DNA of 53,683 nucleotides from a bacterium (GCA_030427365.1 JAUHWW010000003.1:1-53683), one strand, 5' to 3'; numbered from the stretch's first letter, positions 17,449-30,040 are shown. Numbers and translations: made by a program. The notes: generated by a model not told the origin, from the letters alone.

Positions 17449-18384
17449 CTAACCCTGAATCTCTTCTTGTACACGGCCTTCAAGCTCTTCTGGCGTGAAC
17501 TCAGGTTGTGGTATTTCAACATTCTTTTGGACGCCGTAATTGCCATAGGCCTCACTGCGATCACCAAAGTTAATACCGACAATCATGTTATCTCGCTTGC
17601 GAATAACGAACTGTGCGCTGATACGTGACCCTTCTCGGTAATTTTCCGGGTTCAGCGGAGGGAAATCTCCATACCCGGCTGTCATAAAAGCATTTTGTAG
17701 CTGACGAGCATATTCCTGCAAGCCAACAGAGACTTGCATATTGAGGACTGCCTCACCATCGACAATATTCTCTGTAACATTTGCGTAGTCGACTTCGTAT
17801 GCATTACCAGAACGTAGTTCTGAAACAACTTCCTGACGGGTATTGGCGGAAAAATTACCAAAGATTGCGAGTGTGACTAATTCGGATACATAATTTAGCC
17901 GCGACTGCTCGCGGGCGTCGTCTCCTTCAACCGTTTCACCTGCCCATTTGCCGAGCAAACTATCAAGACTAGGGATAGATCCATCTTCGCGAGGATCATT
18001 TGTCTCAAAACTCACATAGCGCGAATACTGCGCGTCCAGCGTGTTGATGCCTTCGGTCACGACCGAAGTGTTGACGGTTGCACTTCTGTTTTCAAACGTG
18101 ACTTTGCTCTCGGTTAATTTCTCAGGTGCAAAGTAAAACCGATTGTCCTGCACGACTTGGTTGCCCGTGCCACCGTTGGTTAACGTGCGCACAACGCTTG
18201 TCGTAGACATGCTGTTATCGATAGCAGACCAGAACCGCCTTTCGTCAGTCATGTAAACGTCTTTGTACCAGAAGATGGTAGCAATAACACCTATAACAGC
18301 TCCCGCGATAACGAATTTTGTGACGATAGACCTAATGTCCCAGCCCGCGATCCGATCAGTAATTGACGTCAAAGAAAATTTCAT
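17449..18384 (-). CDS. hypothetical membrane-anchored protein (distant paralogue of the downstream gene)
   Basis: 311 aa. One TM (FVIAGAVIGVIATIFW), then DERRFWSAIDNS. GGGAGAG SD and TGATATACT -10 upstream. Confidence 0.6.
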   Translation of the reverse strand: MKFSLTSITDRIAGWDIRSIVTKFVIAGAVIGVIATIFWYKDVYMTDERRFWSAIDNSMSTTSVVRTLTNGGTGNQVVQDNRFYFAPEKLTESKVTFENRSATVNTSVVTEGINTLDAQYSRYVSFETNDPREDGSIPSLDSLLGKWAGETVEGDDAREQSRLNYVSELVTLAIFGNFSANTRQEVVSELRSGNAYEVDYANVTENIVDGEAVLNMQVSVGLQEYARQLQNAFMTAGYGDFPPLNPENYREGSRISAQFVIRKRDNMIVGINFGDRSEAYGNYGVQKNVEIPQPEFTPEELEGRVQEEIQG

Positions 18385-18533
18385 ACCCTATGTACTCTCC
18401 CTATTTACCACGTAGTATATCAGGTAATTCATCACTGTGAGCCGAACAAAGTGAGCTTTAGGGGGTGTGGTGCAGTTTTTGAATTTAGTTCAAAAACAAA
18501 CAGAGGGTGAAAGTTGCCGGAGACAACTTGCAA

Positions 18534-18607
18534 GGCAATCTTCTCTTGAATACTTGTTTTCAACGATGAAGTTGCGGGGCCGCGATACGTGGCAATCCTC
18601 TCTTCAA
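18534..18607. repeat. 17-nt imperfect direct repeat (GGCAATCYTCTCTTSAA, 15/17 identical) in the non-coding spacer downstream of tRNA-Ala
   Basis: Copies at 18534-18550 and 18591-18607. Confidence 0.6.
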
Positions 18608-18610
18608 TGA

Positions 18611-18687
18611 TGGTGGAGCATATCGGATTTGAACCGATGACCTTCTCAATGCCATTGAGACGCGCTAGCCAACTGCGCCAATGCCCC
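18611..18687 (-). tRNA. tRNA-Ala (anticodon GGC), CCA encoded
   Basis: Hand-folded cloverleaf GGGGCAT...ATGCTCCACCA with the G3:U70 identity pair, anticodon stem TCTCA/TGAGA, loop ATGGCAT and T-arm GGTTCAAATCC. Confidence 0.9.
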
Positions 18688-18699
18688 ATACTGAAAGGT

Positions 18700-18708
18700 A
18701 TTATACCA
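18700..18708 (-). promoter_or_regulatory. extended -10 box TGGTATAAT, 12 nt upstream of the tRNA-Ala 5' end
   Basis: Same 9-mer as the one upstream of trmD. Confidence 0.5.
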
Positions 18709-18756
18709 ATAATTACGAGCGTTCATGTGGCATTTACTTGAGCCAATATTGGCTTA

Positions 18757-19911
18757 CTACTCATAAACGGCAACACGGATGTCTGGAACGTTATACGTCG
18801 TGCCGGTGACGCCATCGAACCCAAGTAAGGTGACAAGCTTATCCTGATTACCCACCGATAGACGAGCGCAGCCTTTACTTGCCGGTGTCCGCGGAATGTT
18901 AGTCGCCCCGTGCACGGCCTGCCCACCATCAAAGTACAGCGGCTTGTACATATTGCCGTTGAGCGGATTATCCAGTGATACAGGATAATTTGTACTATTA
19001 TGCCAGCCACCGTTCCAGTCAGGATTACGGTAGCGATAAACATTATTTACTCCGGTCCGCGTCTCATATCCTTCTTCGCCAGTCGACGTCTGAAATACGT
19101 AGACGATCTCGTCGCCCTCGCCAGCGACAAGCACCTGACAGACGCGGCTAATGGCGATCCAGCCACCGCTGAAACCCCGCACTTTTTCTGGAATCTCAAC
19201 CTCTCGTGACAGCAAGGCATTTTCGAGATCACTACCTGCTGTAATTGACTCACGGCTCTCACCCAATCCTGTTAAGAACCGCGCAGCGCATAGACCCTGC
19301 CCTGTTTGCTGACCGTGAATCCCATCAACAACCACATGCTCATAGCCATACTCTGCGAGTAACTCATTGACTCGCTGCTGCTGCGCTCGTGTGCCAGATG
19401 CTGGCTGAGTCACCCGCTGAGCAGGTGCAGTCACCTCGGCTGGACCATCAATACTACCTCGCACCGAGATATAGCTTGAAAGTACAGCCCATGTCTCAGG
19501 GCCAATACGACAGTCAACGTGCAGACCGTTCCGCTCCTGGAAATAACGAATCCCGCGCTTTGTTGCTGGGCCAAAATCACCATCATCAAGCACGTAGATA
19601 CCAGCCGCTGTCAGTGCTCGCTGGACGATAACGACCTCCGCTTCATCAAACTCATCATCTTTATCACCGAATGATTGCAGCACAGACTTATACGGATGGC
19701 ACTCATCGTCGCTCGGCACAACTTCAGGTGAAAAACGTTCAGCAAGTACCTCGCTGACAACAGGTTCCATCAATTCAGGATGTTCATATGTATCAAATGA
19801 AGCCGCAGCATTTTCAGGCGCTTTCTCAGCTGCGGTCACTTCAGCCGAAGCTACCAACGGCATGCTGAGAACAGCTACTCCCACCGCAGCTCGACGAAAT
19901 ACTTTATTCAT
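18757..19911 (-). CDS. L,D-transpeptidase with two peptidoglycan-binding (PG_binding_1) repeats
   Basis: Signal peptide MNKVFRRAAVGVAVLSMPLVASA, two PG_binding_1-like repeats (DGDFGPATKRGIRYFQ; DGIHGQQTGQGL) and the YkuD catalytic motif HGATN...SKGCARL. ATG 19911 has an AGGAAG SD. Confidence 0.85.
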   Translation of the reverse strand: MNKVFRRAAVGVAVLSMPLVASAEVTAAEKAPENAAASFDTYEHPELMEPVVSEVLAERFSPEVVPSDDECHPYKSVLQSFGDKDDEFDEAEVVIVQRALTAAGIYVLDDGDFGPATKRGIRYFQERNGLHVDCRIGPETWAVLSSYISVRGSIDGPAEVTAPAQRVTQPASGTRAQQQRVNELLAEYGYEHVVVDGIHGQQTGQGLCAARFLTGLGESRESITAGSDLENALLSREVEIPEKVRGFSGGWIAISRVCQVLVAGEGDEIVYVFQTSTGEEGYETRTGVNNVYRYRNPDWNGGWHNSTNYPVSLDNPLNGNMYKPLYFDGGQAVHGATNIPRTPASKGCARLSVGNQDKLVTLLGFDGVTGTTYNVPDIRVAVYE

Positions 19912-19953
19912 ATACACTTCCTATTGAAAGGTATTATCTCAGCAAATTACTTT

Positions 19954-20508
19954 TTATTCTACTTGTGCTTGCAAAAATGTCTTCAGCTCATCAAACGGTT
20001 TTACCTTGGCATACCACTGCTGAAACTCTTCTTGCGACATTTCAGCAAATGATGTATCAGCGCCCTTCGGCCGAAAAATAACATTCCAGCCAAACCCTGA
20101 CAATCCGCCTTCCGCCGGATGCTCCAGAATCTCGCCCTCAAGCTCACGCTCAAAAATAGTCATAGTTTCGCCATCAAAATACGCCATTGCCGCCCCTGCA
20201 AAAACAGTGCGATCCTGACCGTCAACCAGCCTGCAAAGCCCCTCGTAGCCGAGCTCCTGCATAAACCACTTAATAAATGTCCCTGGCAGCGCACCAAGTG
20301 CCTTGAAGCGAACACTCGCGTCTTCGACAATAACCGGCTTCCCAACGATCTCATACGCTGCTCGAGCCTTGTGCTCGACAACCTCACGCAAATCTAGGCT
20401 CTGGATTTCATCAACATCAACTGACACATGCGGAATATCCATCCCCATCATAATGGCGAAATGCTTCGCCTTGTGCTCGTTACCGGTGACGTAGACTGCC
20501 CCACTCAT
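19954..20508 (-). CDS. non-canonical purine NTP pyrophosphatase (HAM1/RdgB/ITPase family)
   Basis: N-terminal TGNEHK motif, FGWN/IF motif near the C-terminus, 184 aa. Confidence 0.8.
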   Translation of the reverse strand: MSGAVYVTGNEHKAKHFAIMMGMDIPHVSVDVDEIQSLDLREVVEHKARAAYEIVGKPVIVEDASVRFKALGALPGTFIKWFMQELGYEGLCRLVDGQDRTVFAGAAMAYFDGETMTIFERELEGEILEHPAEGGLSGFGWNVIFRPKGADTSFAEMSQEEFQQWYAKVKPFDELKTFLQAQVE

Positions 20509-21092
20509 GCCGTGGGAACAACTATTCCATGCCTAATAGGTCTACCGGTATATGAGCTTAATACCCTCGTATCCATTGTGGCTATAATCCTTTCACCTGT
20601 GCTCTCGTCTACTGCATCCATTAAACGATGGAATTTTGCCGCTCTATCTACTGAACCTTCACTTGCATTTGGCTTAATGTCACCACCAAAACTGAACTCG
20701 TATCCCGGAGCTTCTGGGTCCAGATATGGCAATATTTCATCACGAGCAGCAATATCCCCTTCATCTGTAATCACGCCCATAACATATCCTGATATCCCTA
20801 GATAGTGTCTACCTCCGCCCCAACTGTTTCTGTGCATTAGCTCATTTAGCCGTAACCGTAATGGGACTGTTGATACAATAGTCGTCTCTGCTACTGGGCG
20901 GCCGCTGCTCATTGGAAGATAATGTACACGCACGTCTGGCATTGGAACAGACAACTCTCTTTCATAGTAAATTGTCCAAGGATGTCGGATTTTTTCCCAA
21001 AACCCTCGCATATCATCCGGAATCTGCTCAATGGGCGACCCAAAGGCATCATTCAGCCTTTCAATATCTGTGGAAGCTTGTTGTTTAGACAT
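20505..21092 (-). CDS. hypothetical protein (cytosolic orphan)
   Basis: 195-aa ORF with a 4-nt overlap with the HAM1 gene. TATGAT box 8 nt upstream of the ATG, flanked by the 6-bp inverted repeat CTCTAG/CTAGAG. Confidence 0.5.
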   Translation of the reverse strand: MSKQQASTDIERLNDAFGSPIEQIPDDMRGFWEKIRHPWTIYYERELSVPMPDVRVHYLPMSSGRPVAETTIVSTVPLRLRLNELMHRNSWGGGRHYLGISGYVMGVITDEGDIAARDEILPYLDPEAPGYEFSFGGDIKPNASEGSVDRAAKFHRLMDAVDESTGERIIATMDTRVLSSYTGRPIRHGIVVPTA

Positions 21093-21120
21093 ACCTCTAG
21101 ATCATACTAGAGAGGTTTGT

Positions 21121-24070
<2,950 letters not shown>

Positions 24071-24074
<4 letters not shown>

Positions 24075-24952
24075 ACATGCGAGTCCATTCCGCGAAGAAT
24101 TTTTATTCGCTCATCGATTGGCGGATGGGTGCTAAACATATTTGAAAGGCTTTTTCCTTTGAGTGGGTTGGCAAAAAACAGATGCGCAGTCGACGTGTTC
24201 TGTCTGCGCGGAGCTGTGTTTCCCATCTTTAACTTCTCAAGTGCGCTGGCCAGTCCTTCTGGGTAGCGAGTCGTCATAGCGCCGGTCGCATCCGCTAAGA
24301 ACTCACGCTTGCGAGAAATTGATGCTTGGATAACGGCCGCAATCATCGGCGCTAAAATCATCGCCACAATTCCTAGTGCGACCAACACGCCGTTGCCGTT
24401 TTCACGATCTCGATTGCCGCCGCCGAACAAACTCACGCGCAGGAAAATATCAGCCATCAACGAGATAACCATCACCAAGCCAAAGGCAACCATGCTCACG
24501 CGGATATCGTAGTTTTTTATGTGCCCCAGTTCGTGCGCCATCACCCCTTGCAGCTCTTGTTTATTAAGTGTTGCGAGCAAGCCCGTAGTAATCGCAACGT
24601 GTGCGTGCTTCGGGTCGCGGCCGGTTGCGAACGCGTTCAGCGCAGGATCATCAATAATATGTATCTTCGGCGTTGGCAGGCCTTCGGTAATAGCAAGATT
24701 TTCGACGATGCGGTAGAGCTCTGGATTGTCACGCTTTTGTATTTCGTGCGCGCCATTGAACGCCAGAGCGGCTTTCGCCGATGCGAAATAACTAATCAGC
24801 GCATAGATGACTGAGCCAATGAGCGCGCCAATCGTAATCGAAAAATCGCCAAAGTAAATCCCGCCAAAGTAGGCAAGCGCACCAATCAGGGCGATAAACA
24901 CCCCGATCAGCAGCACCGTCTTCCGCTTATTTTTTGCTATTTCTGAATACAT
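24071..24952 (-). CDS. htpX: M48 family zinc metalloprotease HtpX
   Basis: HELGHIKNYD zinc motif, 4 TM segments, downstream E (REFLAD) and a C-terminal THPP motif. Confidence 0.9.
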
Positions 24953-24991
24953 GAATACGCTCTACATCACACTGCTTGTTTTGCTATGAAG

Positions 24992-25549
24992 TTAGAACTT
25001 GACGTCAACTGGCTTCTCAGCCTTCGCTTGTTCTGCCTCATCAAGCTCGAAGAATTCGCGCTCCTTAAAGCCGAGCAGACGACCGATAAGCACGGTTGGG
25101 AACACTTGCAACTTCGTGTTGAATTCACGCACCGCTGCGTTATAGAATCGGCGCGACGCTTGAATCTTATCTTCGGTGTCAACGAGTTCACGCTGCAATT
25201 CAATAAAGTTCTCATTCGCTTTTAGCTCAGGATACGCTTCTGCAACTGCAAACAGGCTCTTCAAAGCACCTGTCAACATATTATCGGCTTCAGCTGTTTC
25301 AGCGACACCATTTGCATTCGCCATTGCAGCACGTGCTTTTGTGACTTCTTCAAATGTGCCCTTTTCGTGTTTGGCATAGCCCTTCACTGTTTCGACAAGA
25401 TTCGGGATCAAGTCGAGACGGCGCTTCATTTGCACCGTAATATCGCTCCACGCCTCATCGACGCGAATTTTGGCCGTGATCAGGCCATTATAAATAACGA
25501 TCAACAAGACGACGATAGCGCCGGCAACCGCAAGTAAAACCCAAAGCAT
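24992..25549 (-). CDS. lemA: LemA family protein
   Basis: N-terminal TM then the YN.L...... pattern and ELQ.EL..TE..I...R..YN of LemA. AAGGAG SD and TGCTATACT -10 upstream. Confidence 0.9.
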   Translation of the reverse strand: MLWVLLAVAGAIVVLLIVIYNGLITAKIRVDEAWSDITVQMKRRLDLIPNLVETVKGYAKHEKGTFEEVTKARAAMANANGVAETAEADNMLTGALKSLFAVAEAYPELKANENFIELQRELVDTEDKIQASRRFYNAAVREFNTKLQVFPTVLIGRLLGFKEREFFELDEAEQAKAEKPVDVKF

Positions 25550-25605
25550 TGTAACTCCTTACTTCTTATGTACCCAGTATAGCACCAAAGATGAAGTAAC
25601 TGCTA

Positions 25606-25914
25606 CTAGCAGTCGTGGGGCCAGCTACGAACTACTGGAACATTACTCCAAAATACCATATCAGCTGGAAACCAATTGGCAGGTCTTTCGGTAGACTCGA
25701 CATTACCATCGTCGCCCGTGGGAAATCCTTCATAATCTGCTCTTATCCGTTGTAGCCCATCGACGACAGGTAGCTCATCCGCCAGAACACACTCAAAGCC
25801 AAAAGGATGCCGCATCGCGCCAGTCGCATCAGTATCTCCCTCTGAAGTTGGGAGTAATTGTAACCTTTCTCCGCTTGATCGAACGAGATTAACTTCACTT
25901 CTTGGGTCATTCAT
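25606..25914 (-). CDS. hypothetical protein (small acidic orphan)
   Basis: 102-aa ORF. Supported mainly by a canonical promoter placed for a leaderless start. Confidence 0.45.
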   Translation of the reverse strand: MNDPRSEVNLVRSSGERLQLLPTSEGDTDATGAMRHPFGFECVLADELPVVDGLQRIRADYEGFPTGDDGNVESTERPANWFPADMVFWSNVPVVRSWPHDC

Positions 25915-25922
25915 AGACAGGA

Positions 25923-25951
25923 ATAGTAGCGCTAATTAGACTATATTTCAA
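25923..25951 (-). promoter_or_regulatory. sigma70-type promoter TTGAAA-N17-TACTAT, 8 nt upstream of ATG 25914
   Basis: Reverse complement read directly: -35 at 25946-25951 and -10 at 25923-25928. Confidence 0.5.
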
Positions 25952-26001
25952 GCATAAAAGCGAAATACATTTCTACCCGATGCTCACAGTCGAAGAAAAT
26001 C

Positions 26002-26021
26002 AAAAACCGCCTAGCGGCGGC
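26002..26021 (-). terminator. Rho-independent terminator candidate after tRNA-Val
   Basis: Minus-strand GCCGCC-GCUA-GGCGGU followed by UUUUUGAUUUUC. Confidence 0.5.
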
Positions 26022-26029
26022 TCTATCAA

Positions 26030-26106
26030 TGGTGGGTGATGAGGGACTTGAACCCCCGACCCCCTCGGTGTAAACGAGGTGCTCTAGCCAGCTGAGCTAA
26101 TCACCC
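26030..26106 (-). tRNA. tRNA-Val (anticodon TAC), CCA encoded
   Basis: GGGTGATTAGCTCAGCTGGCTAGAGCACCTCGTTTACACCGAGG...GGTTCAAGTCC...CACCCACCA. Anticodon stem CCTCG/CGAGG, loop TTTACAC. Confidence 0.9.
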
Positions 26107-26147
26107 ATGGGAACTGTATTTTACTAGATTAACAAGAAGTAATCTAG

Positions 26148-26234
26148 TGGTGCGCAAGAGAGGACTTGAACCTCCACGTCCTTACGGACACTACGACCTC
26201 AACGTAGCCTGTCTACCAATTCCAGCACTTGCGC
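26148..26234 (-). tRNA. tRNA-Leu (anticodon GAG), long variable arm, CCA encoded
   Basis: GCGCAAG...CTTGCGCACCA acceptor, anticodon stem CTACG/CGTAG with loop TTGAGGT, variable arm GTGTCCGTAAGGACG. 87 nt. Confidence 0.9.
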
Positions 26235-26279
26235 GAAATATCTCGAATATTGTACCACTACCTCTGTAATTAATGCAAT

Positions 26280-27914
26280 TTAGCCGCGCGGGAGATGGTT
26301 GTGCTGATGATCGAGACGATAGTCACTACGGATCATCGATTTTAGTTTCTGTTTGTCCATCGCGAATTTTACACCAGTATTGAGCGTGCTACCTGGGTCA
26401 AAAATATGCTTAATTTTTGTAAATAGTTCTATCTGGTCTGGTGAAAACTGTAATGAATCCATTACGCCGCGCAAACGTCCTTCAGCGTATTCAGCTGCGA
26501 TGCTGCCACCCAGCTCGCAGACATAGCCGTAATATGCATCCATTAGTTTGAATAACTTCTGTCGATCACCAACCGAGCTAATATCAAGTCGTGGCGCAGT
26601 GTGCACGAGTCCATTTCCAGCCTGTCCCCATACCGCATAGTCTGTGACACCAGCTGATGACATAAGATCAGGCAGTGTATTGAAAAATTCACTCATTCGT
26701 TCAACAGGTACATGCCCATCATCGAGCACCGGCAGTGCTCGCTTCTTATCTATACTGCTTGTTATATACATCGACGCGCTGTCACGCAAGCGAAGCCATC
26801 CGCTCATCTCTTCTTCCTCTGGCTCAACCGTTTGGGCATCATGCTCTTCAAGCACTTTCTGGACCTTCTTAGACAGTTTTTTCCTGGTACGAGGTGACTC
26901 GTCGTCAAACTCGAAGAACAACAATACCGCAGGCACACCACCTTCAAGCGGCTTCAATACTCCAGGATTAATGGACTGAATTGCCGTCAAAAGTGACTCA
27001 TCAACAAAATCAATTGATGCAGGGCCGTTTTTCAGCTCGTTGATTCGCGCAACGGCTTTCCACGCACTCGAATGCGAACTAAACCCGGCGACAAACAACA
27101 GAGGCCGCGGTGTGTATGCAGCGGTGTCCAATATAACCTCGGTGATAACGCCGAGTGATCCCTGTGAGCCAATGAAAAGCGGCGTTAAATCAAAAGACCC
27201 GTCTTTCTGTTTGACGTCAGCAATGCTGTATCCTGCTTTACTTACTGCAGTAATACCTGCGAGCTGATCAATCTGTGTCTGGCCGTCCTCAATCACCTTG
27301 TCTAACGCACGATATAGTTCGCCTTCAAAGGATGCGAGTCCTAATTTTTTATTGAGCTCTCTCTTTGAAAGTCTGCCAGTCTCAATAAGTTCACCATTCG
27401 CGAGGACGACTTTCAGCCCACGAACAAACTCTTGCATTGGGCCGTATTTATAGCTGTAGCGAGAACTGTCATTGTTTGCGACAGCTCCGCCTATAGTCCC
27501 GTAACGATTGTTCTCAGCGATGACCGGAAGGAACCGACCATGCGTGTGCAATACCTGCTGCAGCTTATCGAGCAATATGCCCGCCTCGACAACTACCACA
27601 CCACTCTTTGGATCAAGCTCAATGATCTTATTCATGTGAGCCGTCATCGCAATGCATATTCCGTCACCAAGAGATCCACCAGTTGTATCGGTACCGCTGC
27701 CGCGAGCTGTCATCGCAACACTTCGACCTTTTTCTGCTAGCTGCCACGTGAACCGGGCTGTTTTTCGAATATCGCGTTCAGACCTCGGATAGAGCACGAG
27801 CATCGGTCGCTGTTGCAGCACGCTTTCGTCTGTCGAGAAGTAATCTAACACTTCATCAGATGTGACGACTTCGCCATCGACATGTTGTTGCAAATAATGT
27901 GCAATCTTATTCAT
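26280..27914 (-). CDS. FAD-binding oxidoreductase (GlcD / D-lactate dehydrogenase-like, PCMH-type FAD domain)
   Basis: 544 aa. ARGSGTDTTGGS FAD-binding motif and typical FAD_binding_4 plus C-terminal FAD-oxidase domain lengths. AGAGGGTG SD and TGCTAAAAT -10 upstream. Confidence 0.85.
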   Translation of the reverse strand: MNKIAHYLQQHVDGEVVTSDEVLDYFSTDESVLQQRPMLVLYPRSERDIRKTARFTWQLAEKGRSVAMTARGSGTDTTGGSLGDGICIAMTAHMNKIIELDPKSGVVVVEAGILLDKLQQVLHTHGRFLPVIAENNRYGTIGGAVANNDSSRYSYKYGPMQEFVRGLKVVLANGELIETGRLSKRELNKKLGLASFEGELYRALDKVIEDGQTQIDQLAGITAVSKAGYSIADVKQKDGSFDLTPLFIGSQGSLGVITEVILDTAAYTPRPLLFVAGFSSHSSAWKAVARINELKNGPASIDFVDESLLTAIQSINPGVLKPLEGGVPAVLLFFEFDDESPRTRKKLSKKVQKVLEEHDAQTVEPEEEEMSGWLRLRDSASMYITSSIDKKRALPVLDDGHVPVERMSEFFNTLPDLMSSAGVTDYAVWGQAGNGLVHTAPRLDISSVGDRQKLFKLMDAYYGYVCELGGSIAAEYAEGRLRGVMDSLQFSPDQIELFTKIKHIFDPGSTLNTGVKFAMDKQKLKSMIRSDYRLDHQHNHLPRG

Positions 27915-27981
27915 ACACCCTCTTGGTTACAGTTAGCCTACGTTTTCACTATTTTAGCACAAGAACTATCAGAGGTTACTG

Positions 27982-29784
27982 CTATTTGACCGTTTTTTCA
28001 CGTCTGATTTGCCAATCAGTCACTGTGTAAAAACGGTCGACAGCATTTGTAAACTGACCACTGCGGTATCCCTCTAAAGGCCCTTGCACGACATACAAGA
28101 ATCGCGGCTGATAGAGCGCGATAGCCGGTACATCGTCAATCCACGCATCTAAAAAGGGCTGATACTTACTCTTGCGCAGCTCGGTGTCAAACCGCGTTCG
28201 ACCAGCTTCAAGGGCTTCATCAGCAGTCGCATTCTCGTACTCGGAGAGGTTAAGTCGTGTACGCACCCTAGGGTCAGCTTGAGAACTATGCCAGTATGCA
28301 AACACATCCGGATCTGGCCCCAATGCGATACCATACAGCAACACTTCATAATTGTGTTGCGCGATAGCTCCAGATTGAATATCGGCCTCAGGCTGCAGCA
28401 CAGCTTCAAGCTCAACGCCAATCCGCTGCCACTGCTTTTGCAGCTCCGCAGACACACTGGCGTATTCGGTCAAGCTCTGTGATACCAGCCGCAGTGACAA
28501 TCGACGATCTTCTTTTCGGCGGATACCATCTTCACCCCGCACCCATCCCTCTTGTTCGAGCAACTCATTCGCCTTTTCGACGTCAAAGGAAGTTTGTGTT
28601 TTGTCAGGATCATAAGCAAAATGCGATCGCAGAAACGGACTATCGACCTCAACCAATGGGTAGCTGACACTTGATCTAAGCGCATCAGTGTCCGTACCGT
28701 GCGCGAGTGCGCGGCGGATTGTCTTATTGTTTAGAGGGTCAGTCCCGTTATTTAGGAACAGCATAACACTACTCGTTGTCGGCGTGCTAAACTCTTGCAA
28801 CTCGTCTCGACCGTCAATGAGCTGGTCGCTCACACTGTACAAGCCAACCATTGCGCTGATTTCTTTGTTTTCAAACGCCTTTATCATCGGATCTTCTATG
28901 CGGTAGCTGCGAATCACCATGCCATCAATCTTTGGCGGTGAAAAATAGTAATCGTCATTGCGCTGCAGCGTGACTTTTTCGTAACGGGTATCGGCATTAC
29001 TGCCCACAACTTCGACGTTATCAAATGTAAACGGCCCCGTACCAATCGGTGTGACTGTATTGAATGTCGATGAGCGCAGATCAGCTGGATCAATCGTATT
29101 CATAATATGCGCGGGGACAATACCATTCACGAGCGAAAACTTAAACGAACTAAGAACGTTTGGCAGTGTAAACGTCACGGTATACTCATCAAGCGCCGCT
29201 ACCTTGACAGCGTCCCAGCTCGGCTCTAAGGGTGATCGTACCTCAGGATTCTGGATAAGTTCGTACGTCTTGACTACATCTTCTGCAGTAAATACTTCAC
29301 CATCATGCCACCGCACGTCATCACGAAGCGTGACCGTATGAACCAGTCCATCGTCATCAACACTAATGTCGCTGGCAAGATTCGGCTCGAGTTCACCCGT
29401 CGGCGATAGGGTGAACAACCCCGAAAACACCAATCGTGCCACCGAGCTATCAGCTGGGCTCACTGCAAACAGCGGATTTGCCGTCGTAAATGAACCAATC
29501 ATACCCTCGCGGTAGATACCCCCGTTTGCTGGCACCGTCGTCAGGTAGAACTGATCCAGTGCGCGTACCTGCCAGATTGCCCCGACAGCGAGCGCAATAA
29601 CAAGCGTTGTCCAGCCCAAGAAAAATCGACGCACGTTCTGCAGCCGCCATAACCGCTTAAAAAACAATGTGTTCAGTGAATAATCAGCTTGAGTCGCAGC
29701 GCCTTCCATTTGCTTGCGCTGCTTTCGAACCTTACGGCGCGTGCGCAGCCTGAGCAAATGCAGTTTTCGCTTTATATCTTGCAT
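27982..29784 (-). CDS. ABC transporter substrate-binding protein, family 5 (peptide/nickel type), TM-anchored
   Basis: 600 aa. SBP_bac_5 signature region VRWHDGEVFTAEDVVKTYE. N-terminal basic stretch plus a TM helix (FFLGWTTLVIALAVGAIW) instead of a lipobox. No permease or ATPase genes adjacent. Confidence 0.85.
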   Translation of the reverse strand: MQDIKRKLHLLRLRTRRKVRKQRKQMEGAATQADYSLNTLFFKRLWRLQNVRRFFLGWTTLVIALAVGAIWQVRALDQFYLTTVPANGGIYREGMIGSFTTANPLFAVSPADSSVARLVFSGLFTLSPTGELEPNLASDISVDDDGLVHTVTLRDDVRWHDGEVFTAEDVVKTYELIQNPEVRSPLEPSWDAVKVAALDEYTVTFTLPNVLSSFKFSLVNGIVPAHIMNTIDPADLRSSTFNTVTPIGTGPFTFDNVEVVGSNADTRYEKVTLQRNDDYYFSPPKIDGMVIRSYRIEDPMIKAFENKEISAMVGLYSVSDQLIDGRDELQEFSTPTTSSVMLFLNNGTDPLNNKTIRRALAHGTDTDALRSSVSYPLVEVDSPFLRSHFAYDPDKTQTSFDVEKANELLEQEGWVRGEDGIRRKEDRRLSLRLVSQSLTEYASVSAELQKQWQRIGVELEAVLQPEADIQSGAIAQHNYEVLLYGIALGPDPDVFAYWHSSQADPRVRTRLNLSEYENATADEALEAGRTRFDTELRKSKYQPFLDAWIDDVPAIALYQPRFLYVVQGPLEGYRSGQFTNAVDRFYTVTDWQIRREKTVK

Positions 29785-29824
29785 GCGACCTATCTCACCC
29801 CTAGCAGCACTTAGTGTTTGTCAA

Positions 29825-30040
29825 CTACGCTAAAATCAATTCGAGCAGAATTGACAGCGCAAATGTAATAGCAAAGAAAATCGTCAAATTAAAAATGCTT
29901 TTATCCGATCCGCGCCGCACGGTGTTTACTTCACCGCCGCCGCCAAGTCCAGCACCAAGCCCTGCACCGCGCACTTGCAGTAATATCAAAATAATCATAA
30001 TCACTGCGCTGATAATCATGACATAGTTCCAAATAGACAT
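29825..30040 (-). CDS. secG: preprotein translocase subunit SecG
   Basis: 71 aa. Two TM helices separated by a G-rich loop (LLQVRGAGLGAGLGGGG), which is typical of SecG. Confidence 0.8.
   Translation of the reverse strand: MSIWNYVMIISAVIMIILILLQVRGAGLGAGLGGGGEVNTVRRGSDKSIFNLTIFFAITFALSILLELILA

Noticed and set aside
18432-18689. 85-aa minus-strand ORF
   Set aside because: Its N-terminus is the tRNA-Ala gene read as protein. The remainder is the repeat- and hairpin-containing spacer.
18723-19043. 106-aa ORF overlapping the 3' part of the L,D-transpeptidase gene
   Set aside because: It is an alternative frame of a gene that has the catalytic YkuD motif in the other frame.
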